A stretch of DNA of 64,000 bases from an uncultured Alphaproteobacteria bacterium. GTDB lineage: Bacteria > Pseudomonadota > Alphaproteobacteria > Rhizobiales > Beijerinckiaceae. A model generated the notes under the pieces. That model had not been told where the DNA came from and ran no database searches. It worked only from the letters and a program-made list of their open reading frames with translations. Below, piece by piece: positions 53,871 through 63,560 of the stretch (its first letter is position 1; each line of letters begins with the position of its first letter). The stretch lies in NCBI GenBank assembly GCA_963824465.1, contig CAWGPL010000008.1, forward strand, positions 1,820 to 65,819, read 5' to 3'. Both the position numbers and the translations under genes were made by a program.

Positions 53871-54169
53871 ACTTATGCAGCGCCTCCGTTCTGAACTGCG
53901 AGGAGTTGATAGCGCGCGAGACCTTGCCTCGCCTCGAGCGTAGCAAGTTTGGATCAAGTCACGGACGAACGCCGTATCTTGTTGCCGCCGCACGCGGGGG
54001 AGAGGCTCGGGTGTCGGGGGTGAGGCGACGAAGGCGACAGCGGGGATTTGATCGGTCAACGACCGCGTCTCCAAATCGTCGCGGGTTCGCGCTATCCATG
54101 AGGCCAATTTGGCGCTCACACCATTAAGATCGGCCTCAAGCATTGAAGACACGAAAGCAGAAGCCCCAG

Positions 54170-54934
54170 ATGCGGCGACGCTTGGTTTGGCTCACTGCTG
54201 TGATTTTCACCTTCGCGTTCGCGCCTGCGCCCGCTCAGGCCGACCCCAACGCCCTTTGGCAGATTGTTCACGGTCAGTGCGTGCCCCATGTCGAAGCGGG
54301 CCTGGGGCCGAAGCCGTGCCAACAGGTCGATCTTGCCGGGGGCGTGGCCGAGGGCGTCGCCATCCTCAAGGACATCGTCGGCGCGACGCAGATGCTGGCG
54401 ATTCCGACCCGGCGGATCACCGGCATCGAGGACTCGCAGATGCTTGCGCCCGACGCGCCAGATGTTTTCGGCGACGGATGGAAGGCGCGGACCTTGATCG
54501 AGGCCATCTTGAAGCGGCCGGCGCCGCGCGAGACGATCTCGCTCGCGATCAACTCGAAATGGGCTCGTAGCCAACAGCAATTGCATGTCCATCTGGACTG
54601 CGTCGCGGTCTCGGTCGCCGCGGCGCTCAAGGACTACGCTCCCTCCCTCGACGAGATCTGGCGGCCCATGACCGTCCCGCTCAATGGCCAGATCTATTTC
54701 GCCCGGCGGTTGATCGCGGAGGACCTCACCGGTGTTAACCCGATCCTGATGCTGGCCGACGGAATGGAAGGCGCGAGGGCCAACATGGGCGGCTGGTCCC
54801 TGGCGGCCGTCGGGGCGAACTTCGAGGGCAAGGCCGGATTCGTCCTGCTCGCGGACCGGTTCTCGCTCGAAGGCGGCGGCCATGCGGAGGACCTCCAGGA
54901 TCACAATTGCGCGATCTTGCGTTCGGCGCCATGA
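54170..54934 (+). CDS. cdh: CDP-diacylglycerol pyrophosphatase, exported
   Basis: Signal peptide; DPNALWQIVHGQC, LKDIVG, IPTRRITGIE, LAINSKWARSQQQLHVHLDC, AEDLQDHNC. Confidence 0.9.
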   Translation: MRRRLVWLTAVIFTFAFAPAPAQADPNALWQIVHGQCVPHVEAGLGPKPCQQVDLAGGVAEGVAILKDIVGATQMLAIPTRRITGIEDSQMLAPDAPDVFGDGWKARTLIEAILKRPAPRETISLAINSKWARSQQQLHVHLDCVAVSVAAALKDYAPSLDEIWRPMTVPLNGQIYFARRLIAEDLTGVNPILMLADGMEGARANMGGWSLAAVGANFEGKAGFVLLADRFSLEGGGHAEDLQDHNCAILRSAP

Positions 54935-55029
54935 ATAGAGCCGGCTCGTCCTGGCGGGCGGCCGGAATGCGGGTTCGGGGGCCGCATCGGAATTTTGCGG
55001 CGCTGCGCCCGGGGTTGGGGAGCGTGGCC

Positions 55030-55605
55030 ATGCGTTTCATCCTGAAGGTGTTGCTGGGTCTCGGACTGGTTTTTGCCGTCCAGAGCCAGGCGCTTGCGTA
55101 CGTAAGCATAGACGTCGATCTGACGTCGCAAACCATGCATGTCCGGTCGGGCTCGGGCGCCAATTACGTGTGGCCGATTTCTTCCGGCCGGGAAGGCCAT
55201 GCGACGCCGCGCGGCGTGTTCCATCCGCGGGCGCTCTACACGATGGTCCATTCGGCCAAATACAACAACGCGCCGATGCCGCATTCGATCTTCTTCTACG
55301 GCCAATATGCGATCCACGGCACGAACGCGGTCGGAGCGCTGGGTCGGCCCGCCTCGCACGGATGCGTCCGGCTCTCGCCGGCCGCCGCGGCGACACTGTT
55401 CGCGATGGTGCAGCGGGAGGGCGCCCAGATTCGGATCATCGGATCGCCGGAGCCTATGGTGGCGCATCGCCATATGCACGGCCATCGCGCCTATGCGCAT
55501 CACCATGCCCATTCGCCGGAGACGGCGCTTGGCTATGCTTCTGTCCATCACGCCCGGACGGCCCGGACGCTCAGCCAATGGGCGAAGAACCCGGTTTTGC
55601 GATAG
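55030..55605 (+). CDS. L,D-transpeptidase (YkuD family) with His-rich C-terminal tail
   Basis: Signal peptide; WPISSGR..TPRG, APMPHSIFF, AIHGT...ASHGCVRL catalytic motif. Confidence 0.93.
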   Translation: MRFILKVLLGLGLVFAVQSQALAYVSIDVDLTSQTMHVRSGSGANYVWPISSGREGHATPRGVFHPRALYTMVHSAKYNNAPMPHSIFFYGQYAIHGTNAVGALGRPASHGCVRLSPAAAATLFAMVQREGAQIRIIGSPEPMVAHRHMHGHRAYAHHHAHSPETALGYASVHHARTARTLSQWAKNPVLR

Positions 55606-55828
55606 CGCCCCCCGCCACAAGTCCGCCACAGCGCTTGGCTACGGGCCCCGCAGGTTCCGTCATGGACGAATCGGCATGCGGCGAACGCGCCCTTGGCCGA
55701 TTGGAATATTGACGCGAGGGAAGCTCGCCGCCCGCGATTTGGCGCTGGAAAGCCTCCTTTGGCAGTCGCGTTTTGTGGCGACCTGCGGTAGTAGCCGCCG
55801 AGCGGCGGTGCATTGAGGAGGGTCTTGG

Positions 55829-56700
55829 GTGCGGAGACGGGATTTCTTGGCCGGCGCGGCCGGATTGGTCGGCGCGCCTCTCGCATCGCGTCTCGCCTTG
55901 GCGAATGTGCCGACGCCCTTTCACCTTCGACATGGCGCCGCCGATGAACGACAAGGCGAAGTTCATCGCCTGGGGCGTCGCGCAGCGCGGCGAGGAGCCG
56001 AAGTTCCTCGGCGAGCGGTTCGACCGCTTCAGCGCATGGTCCGCAACGAGGACCTCGTGCGACGACCGCAACAAGCGCGCCTTCCTGCTGACGCCGCGCG
56101 AGAGATTCGTGCTGCAGCAGAATCTCGGCCGCGCCTATGACCACGCCTTCCTCGACATCGGCTACGGCGTGACCATCTCCGGCCCGCATATCGTCGGGCG
56201 CATGACCTCGAACATCGATCCGAAGCAGGGCGAGAAGGTGCTCGAGGTCGGCACCGGCTCCGGCTACCAGTCGGCCTATCTCTCGCACCTGACCGACAAG
56301 GTGTTCACGATCGAGATCATCAAGCCGCTCGCCGAGCGCACGCGCGGCATCTACGACGCGCTGATCACGGATGGCTACACCGAGTTCGGCGAACATCACC
56401 TCCAAGAACGCCGACGGCTATTACGGCTGGGAGGAGAACGCGCCCTTCGACAAGATCATCGTCACCTGCGGCATCGACCACGTTCCGCCGCCGCTGCTGC
56501 AGCAGCTCAAGCCCGGCGGGATCATGGTGATCCCGGTCGGCCCGCCCGGCGCGCAGCACGTGCTGAAGGTCGTGAAGAACGAGGCGTCCGACGGCACAGT
56601 CACCGTCGCCCGCTCCGACATCTATGGCGGCCGCATCGTGCCCTTCGTGCCCTTCACCAAGCTCGAAGGCGATCAGATCGTCGGCACGCACAACAACTGA
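55829..56700 (+). CDS. pcm: Protein-L-isoaspartate O-methyltransferase homologue with Tat signal peptide; several apparent indels
   Basis: GAGGAGG RBS; MRRRDFLAGAAGLVGAPLASRLALA; TPRERF, IGYGVTISGPH, VLEVGTGSGYQ, TIEI, DGYYGW, APFDKIIVTCG, QLKPGGIMVIPVG, FVPF. Confidence 0.88.
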
Positions 56701-56781
56701 CGCGAGGCCGCGTTTTCGGACGCTAGCCGAAGGCGGCGCGCTCTGCGGAAGCGTGCGTCATGCACGGCCTGCGAGAGCGAC

Positions 56782-59497
56782 ATGAACGAGGCGAGCCCCA
56801 TTTCCCCGGTCGCCGGAGCGGTCGTCGAGCGACCACCACGACGACGCGGTTCTGACGGATCGCGAGCGGCTCGGGCTTTATTTCGCGGTCGGCCTTGGCG
56901 GCCGGCGCGGTCATCGCCCTGCAGATCGACATCATGCGCGTGTTCTCGGTCGGCAGCTGGGCGCATTTCGGCTCGCTGGTCGTGAGCCTCGCGCATGCTC
57001 GGCTTCGGCCTGACCAGCGCCGTGATGACGCTCGCCAAGGACTGGTTCGCACCGCCACTGGCGCGGCGGTCGCGACCGTCGCGCTCGGCCTGTTCGGGCC
57101 GCTCGCCGTCGCCGCCAACCTCTATGTCCAGCACCTTGGCTTCAACGCCATCTTCCTGGTTTCCGATCCGGCGCAGAAGTGGAAGCTTCTGCAGATCTTT
57201 CTGGCTCTAGCTGACGCCGTTCCTCGCCGGCGCGGTCTTCCTCGGCTGCGTCTTCCTCAAGAGCAACCGGACCTTCGGCCGCGTCTATTTCGCCGACCTC
57301 GCCGGCTCTGGGCTTTGCGGGCTTGCTGTTCCTGCTGGCGATGTATGTCTTCGTTCCGGCCAATCTGATCGCCGCGCCGCTTGGGCTGTGGCTCGCGGCG
57401 CTGCGTCGCCTGGGCGCTCGGCCCGGGCGGAAAGCGCGCGCTCGCTGCCCTATCTCGCCGTCGGCGCTGCTCGCGTTCGCCGGCCACTTCTGGATCGCGC
57501 CGGCCTCTCGGCCTCCAAGACGCTCGCGGTCAACGACTACAAGGGCGTCGCCTACGCCCGGAAATTCCCGGATGCGAAGCGCGTCTACGAGAGCGCCTCG
57601 CCCTTCGGCTATCTCGAGGTCTATTCGAGCTCCTACCTGCATTTCGCGCCCGGCCTGTCCGACAACGCGGCCTTCAGCCTGCCGACCATGCCGGCCAACG
57701 CCTATCTCGGCCTCTATATCGACAGCGAAGGCCCGATCGGCGTCATGCGCGACCTCGCCGACAAGGAGACGGCCTATTTCCGCTTCCTGCCGATGTACTA
57801 CCCCTATCGTGATCAAGAAGGACCCCAAGACCTTCGTCGTTCAGTTCGGCGGCGGCATCTCGACCGAGGTGGCGCTGCATTCCGGCGCGAAGGACGTCAC
57901 CGTCGCCGAGGGCAACCCGGCGGTCCTCGCGCGTTCCACGAGCGACGTCTTCAGGAAGTTCACCGGCGACATCCTCGTCGAAAGTCAGGGTCATCGACTA
58001 CGAGGGCCGCCACTATCCTCGCCCACACGCACGGAGCGCTACGACGTCATCGACCTGAGCCTCGCGGATTCCGTCGGCCTTTCCAACCCCGGCGGCTTCG
58101 CCATCGTCGAGAAGTACCCCTACACGAACGAGGCGATGGAGACCTACATGCGCGCGCTCGCGCCGGGCGGCGTCCTGTCGGTCACGCTGTGGAACAAGGA
58201 AGAGCCGCCGAAGTCGGTCCTGAAGCTCTACGCGACGATGGCCGCCGCCGGCGCAGGCGGTCGACCGCCAAGACGGCCGCCAATTCGTTCTTCGTCGCCT
58301 CGTGCTATCTCTCGACCGCGACGGTGCTCTACAAGCGCGGCGGCTTCACGCCGGACGAGATCGACGAAGCTGCGCAAGCACACGCGCGACATGTCGTTCG
58401 ACGAGATCTATTCCCCGGCTTTCCGTTCGACGGCACGCAGACGAACGCCACGCTCGACGGCTACGTCGCAGCAGATTTTCGGCGGCAGCCGGCGGACCGC
58501 CGGCGCCCGAGCGCCGACGCGTCCGCCGACGGCCGATCCGACAGCGCCGCCGCGACAGGACGCGGGCGACGACGGCGCGCCGCCGTCCGGCAAGGCGGAC
58601 GACGGCGTCGCTGCCCGCCACCGTCATGGGCCGGCTCGCCTGGCATGCCTGATCGACGGCGGCTGGCCGAGATCGCGAAGCGCTATGTCTTCAACACCCG
58701 GGCGCTGACCAACGACGGCCTTATTTCGCCGCCTATGTGAAGACTCGCGACCTGCCGCGCGTCACTCGACCGGCTGGAGCTGCTCCAGGACGAGTGGGGC
58801 TATCTGCTGATCTGGGCGACGCTCGGCGTCGCCTGCCTGACCGCGCGTCCTGCTCGCTGCTTCCGGTGGTCTTCGGCTGGCGCGCCGATCTTCTCCCATA
58901 CGCCCGGCAAGATGCGCGCACGATCGCTCTATTTCGCCTGCCTCGGCGCCGGCTACATCATGGTCGAGGTCGGGCTCATCGCCCATTTCGTGATGGCGCT
59001 CGGCAACCCCACCGTCTCCGCCTCGGTCCTGATCACCGGCATGCTCGTCTTCTCCGGCCTGGGCGCGCTGGTTTCCGAGCGGGTTCTGCCGCGCATGCGC
59101 GTGATCATGCCGGCGATTTTCCTGCTGATCGGCGGGCTGCTGCTGGCTTTACGCCTTCCGATCGACACCGTGCTCGAGGCCATCGGCGCGCTCCCCTATG
59201 CGGTGCGGCTCGTCTGCTGCTTCGCTGCTGATCGCGCCGCCCGCCTTCCTGATGGGCTTCCCGATGCCGACGGCGATGACCACGCTCGGCCGGCTCGGCA
59301 AGGAGCACATGTTCATCTGGGCCTGGGGCGTCAACGGCTGCTTCTCGGTCATCGGCGCGGCGGCTGCGCCCGTCATCGCCACCAATTTCGGGCTCGCCGC
59401 CGTGATCGAGATCGCAGCTGTCGCCTACCTGCTCGCGCTCCCCGCCTTCTTCGGGGTAATCGCCGAGCCGAGGGCGCCTGCCCGAGCCCAAAAATGA
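56782..59497 (+). CDS. Large polytopic membrane protein with central spermidine-synthase/class I methyltransferase-fold domain; many apparent indels
   Basis: Fragments tile into one gene: SLAMLGFG, PFLAGAVFLG, VYFADLAGSG; soluble SPFGYLEV, VVQFGGG, VTVAEGNP, EGR, YDVIDLSLADS, YT.EAM, LAPGGVLSVT; YFACLGAGYIMVE, FLMGFPMP, WAWGVNGCFSVIG. Confidence 0.75.
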
Positions 59498-60107
59498 GTG
59501 CGAGGGCGAACCAACAACACTTTACGGTCGCCCATCCGTGGCCTGATGTAATGCGACACTTGCATGGCAAAAAATTGACGGGGCCGCGTCAACGAGTGGA
59601 CACGAAATTTTCATAATTGCCAAAGCGTTACTCGATAAGCGCAAGAAAGGCCGGGAACGGCAGGTCGGAAAGGGAGCGCGAACGTCTCGTCACCCGCAAT
59701 TTGTAAGCGTGTGACCAAAGCGCTTCGTCTGGCGGGATTGCTCTAATCTTGGACTTGGAATCAAGCGGTTGTGCAAATACGATGATAGTGTGTATTAAAT
59801 AGCGTCAGCTTTGACGCTCTCGATCTACGGCGGCGGCAGAGTTCTTCAGTTGCTTGATGAGGCGCCCCGTGTCATAGTCTTATTGTTCCCAAGCAATCGA
59901 AGAGACCATTCCGTGTATTCCCTGTATTGCCTCGCAAAGATAGAGTAGGTTTTTCGAATAGTTTGATTGTCTCTAATCGACGTCTGGGGCGTCCGAAATA
60001 GAGTACTTGGTTTATACCGGCAAGATTGTATGGCCGGATCAGACCGAACAGAAATGGGTCCGAGTAGGGCTATTGAACGTCCGCGCGAGACGGCGGAAGG
60101 GGAGTCC

Positions 60108-60551
60108 ATGTCTTCACACACCGGGTCCGGATATGCAGGAGACTTGCTCCCAAGTGAAGCGTTTCGGCTACTTTCCGAAAAGGCGTCCGTTCTTGTCGAT
60201 GTGAGGACCAAGGCGGAGTGGGCCTATGTGGGGGCGCCTGATTTGAAGAGCCTGGGCAAGGAACTCTTCTTCCTTGAGTGGCAGACCTATCCATCAATGC
60301 AGCGCGACCCGCGTTTCACCGAGCGATTGGCCGCCCTGCTGAAAGATGCCGGCGTTGAGCAGGGCGCCTCACTGGTGTTTTTATGCAGGTCAGGCGCGCG
60401 TTCGCGTGACGCTGCTGCAGCCATGACTGCGGCGGGTTGGGGACCTTGTTTCAATGTTTCCGAGGGATTCGAGGGACCCCTCGATCCGAACGGGCGCCGG
60501 AATTCGGTCGGGGGATGGAGGGCGAGCGGATTGCCGTGGAAGCAGACGTAG
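60108..60551 (+). CDS. Rhodanese-domain sulfurtransferase
   Basis: YAGDL, LVDVRTKAEWAYVG.PD, FLCRSGARS, NVSEGFEG, GWRASGLPWKQ. Confidence 0.93.
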   Translation: MSSHTGSGYAGDLLPSEAFRLLSEKASVLVDVRTKAEWAYVGAPDLKSLGKELFFLEWQTYPSMQRDPRFTERLAALLKDAGVEQGASLVFLCRSGARSRDAAAAMTAAGWGPCFNVSEGFEGPLDPNGRRNSVGGWRASGLPWKQT

Positions 60552-60662
60552 CTGTCGCTTCCAAAAGCGTCTTTCTTTTCCGAGATCCTTCGCGCGAGTT
60601 CAACTCCCATGCCCTCTCAAACCGCTTCTGCTTCCCGTAAGCTAGCCCAAGGCGAGTCCGAA

Positions 60663-62103
60663 ATGTCCTCTGTCTCGGACTCTTGGCGGCGCTGTTGCGA
60701 GCGCCTGCGCGCCGAACTTGGCGAGGACGTCTTCAACAGTTGGTTCGGGCGCATCGAACTGGAACAGGTTTCGGGCGGACAGGCCCGCCTCTCCGTGCCA
60801 ACGCGTTTCCTCAAAAGTTGGATTGACACGCACTACCTGCCCCGAATTGCGACAGCGTTGTCCGCAGAATTTGGGCCCGTATTGCGAGTCATGATTACCG
60901 TGCGCTCCTGCGCCCGGTCGGAACCTCAGGCAAGCGTGCCTTTGGCCTTTCCCGCCGCAACCAAACCAGTGTCAGAGACGTCCCCTCGATCTGCAGAATT
61001 GGGACATTCGCCTCGTGTTCGCTCCGCAACCTCCTCCTCTTCCGCGAGTCGACTCCTTGGTGGGCTCACCGCTTGATCGCCGGCTCACTTTCCTGACCTT
61101 TCAGATTGGTCGGTCGAACCAGCTGGCCTATACGGTTGCGCGCAAGGTCGCCGAGAACGCGGCCGGTTCGCCGCCAGCTTTTCGGCCACTCTATGTCCAT
61201 TCGGCGGTCGGCCTGGGAAAGACTCACCTCCTGCAGGCGGTCGCCCATATGGCGACCCAGCAGGGCCGTTCCGTGATCTATCTGACTGCAGAAAAGTTCA
61301 TGTACGGCTTCGTGGCCGCGCTGCAGGCGCAGACCTCCATCGCCTTCAAAGAGCGGCTGCGCGCGATCGACCTTCTGATCTTCGATGACGCCCAATTCCT
61401 GCAGGGAAAGTCGATCCAGGCGGAGTTTGGCCATGCCCTGAACGCGCTCCTCGACGCAGGCCGCGAGGTGATCGTCGCAGCCGACCGCCCACCAAACGAC
61501 CTTGAGGCGCTTGACGAACGCGTGCGGTCGCGTCTGAGCATGGGGGTCTGTGTCGAGATTGGAGCGCTCGACGAGGCGCTTCGCATCAAGATCCTGGAGG
61601 CCCGCGTGACCGCGGCGCGGGCGCTGCATCCGAATTTCGAGCTTTCGGGAGCGGTCCTCGCCTTTGTCGCGCGCTCCATCCGATCGAACGGGCGCGATCT
61701 CGAAGGCGCAGTGAACCGACTGCTTGCCCATGTGACTCTAACAGGCGCGCCGTTGACGGTGGAAGCCTCAGAAGTGGCGATCCGTGACCTCATCCGTACT
61801 CATGAGCCGAAACGGGTCAAGATCGAGGACATCCAGAAACTGGTCGCTAACCACTACAGTGTAACCCGCGCGGACATTCTGTCGTCTCGTCGCACTGCCG
61901 TAGTGGTGAAACCCAGGCAGGTAGCGATGTTCCTCGCCAAGACCCTGACCATGCGGTCACTGCCTGAGATCGGACGCCGTTTCGGCGGGCGAGACCACAC
62001 GACGGTCCTACATGCGGTGCGTAAGATCGAGGCGCTCTCGGCAATTGACAGCGCCCTACGCGATGAACTGGAATTGCTCAAGCGCATGCTTCAGAACGAA
62101 TGA
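60663..62103 (+). CDS. dnaA: Chromosomal replication initiator DnaA; apparent frameshift in the domain II linker (~60990-61070)
   Basis: [25 protein letters not shown]; [61 protein letters not shown]. Confidence 0.97.
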
Positions 62104-62444
62104 ACCTTATCTTCAAGATCGTCGCCGCCGAGGAATGGCGGGCCGCTGAGGCGGTGGGCGTGTTTTACGGCGCCGCCGTCGATCTCAGGGATGGCTATAT
62201 GCATTTCTCGACCGCCGAGCAGGCGCCCGAGACCGCCGCAAAGTGGTTCGCCGGACGCGACGACCTCGTGCTGCTTGCCGTCGAGACGGAGCCGCTCCGC
62301 GAGTCGCTGCGGTGGGAGCCTTCACGCGGCGGCGCTCTCTTCCCACATCTCTACCAAGCTCTGCCGATGAGCGCTGTCCGCTGGTCCCGGCCCCTGCCGC
62401 TCAAGGCCGACGGGGCCCACGACTTCGGGACCCTTGAGGCGTGA
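62100..62444 (+). CDS. DUF952 family protein
   Basis: [31 protein letters not shown]; typical partner of pyrD; ATG overlaps the dnaA stop. Confidence 0.92.
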   Translation: MNLIFKIVAAEEWRAAEAVGVFYGAAVDLRDGYMHFSTAEQAPETAAKWFAGRDDLVLLAVETEPLRESLRWEPSRGGALFPHLYQALPMSAVRWSRPLPLKADGAHDFGTLEA

Positions 62445-63500
62445 GCCTCGTAAGTCTGGCGCAGCCTCTCCTGAGAACTCTTGCCAGCCGAGACGGCCCA
62501 TCGCGCGGCGATCGTCGGGCTCAAGCTTGTCCCGCCCAACCCCGTCCCACCTGGTGACCCAAAACTTCGGACGACTGTCGCCGGCTTGAGCTTTCCCAAC
62601 CCGCTCGGGCTCGCCGCCGGCTTCGACAAGAACGCCGAGGTTGCGGGGGCCGCCCTCGCCCTCGGCTTCGGCTTCGTCGAGGTCGGCACCCTGACGCCAA
62701 AACCCCAACCCGGCAATCTGAGGCCGCGCGTTTTTCGGCTTCCCGAGGATGGAGCGGTCATCAACCGCTACGGTTTCAATAATGAAGGCTTCGCCGCGGC
62801 GCTGAAGCGCCTCGAAGGCCGGCCCTCCGAACTCATTGGTGTCAATGTCGGAGCCAACAAGGATTCGCTGGATCGCGTCGCTGACTATGCGCTCGGGGTC
62901 AGAACTTTCGCTGCAGTCGCGGACTATTTCGCCATCAACATCTCGTCCCCAAACACTCCGGGCCTAAGGGAATTGCAGGGCCGGGCGGCGCTTGACGGGC
63001 TGCTCGCCGCCGCCCTCGCCGCCCGCGACGAGGCGGCGCCGGGCAAGCCCGTCTTCCTCAAGATCGCCCCGGACCTGGACGAGGGCGCCCTCGACGACAT
63101 TTTGGAGGTGGCCACGGCTCGCAGGATCGACGCCCTTGTCATCTCCAACACGACGATTGCGCGGCGGGCCTCGCTGAAGTCTGCTGATCGAGCGGAAATG
63201 GGCGGCCTTTCAGGCCGACCCCTGTTCGAGCCTTCGACCCGGCTCCTCGCCCGCGCGTACCGTGCGACGGGCGGCGCATTGCCCCTCATCGGATGCGGCG
63301 GGATCGAGGACGCCGGAACCGCGCTCGCCAAGTTCGAGGCGGGCGCCAGCCTCATCCAGCTCTACACGAGCCTCGCTCTTAAGGGGCCGGACGTGGTGGG
63401 GGAGGTTCTTGCCGGCCTGGGCCGGGCGGTCAACGCGGCCGGCGGATCGGGCATCAGGGCGCTCGTGGGGACGCGGGCGGATGTCTGGGCTGAAGCCTGA
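62441..63500 (+). CDS. pyrD: Quinone-dependent dihydroorotate dehydrogenase; apparent frameshift near 62477
   Basis: AETAH, NPLGLAAGFDKNA, EVGTLTPKPQPGN, INRYGFNN, INISSPNTPGLR, LKIAPDL, SNTT, GGLSG. Confidence 0.96.
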
Positions 63501-63560
63501 AAACGGCGCACAGCGCCTCGTGCGTCTGTGCGCTGACAAATAAGCGCTCACGACCATTGC

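Noticed and set aside
55605-56782. RiPP cluster using PIMT for aspartimide formation
   Set aside because: No precursor peptide, lanthipeptide, lasso or ATP-grasp enzyme nearby, and the PIMT lacks a long C-terminal extension.
59500-60100. oriC upstream of dnaA
   Set aside because: AT-richer, but no TTATCCACA-type box cluster (only a weak TGTGTATTA). Alphaproteobacterial origins usually lie near hemE rather than dnaA.
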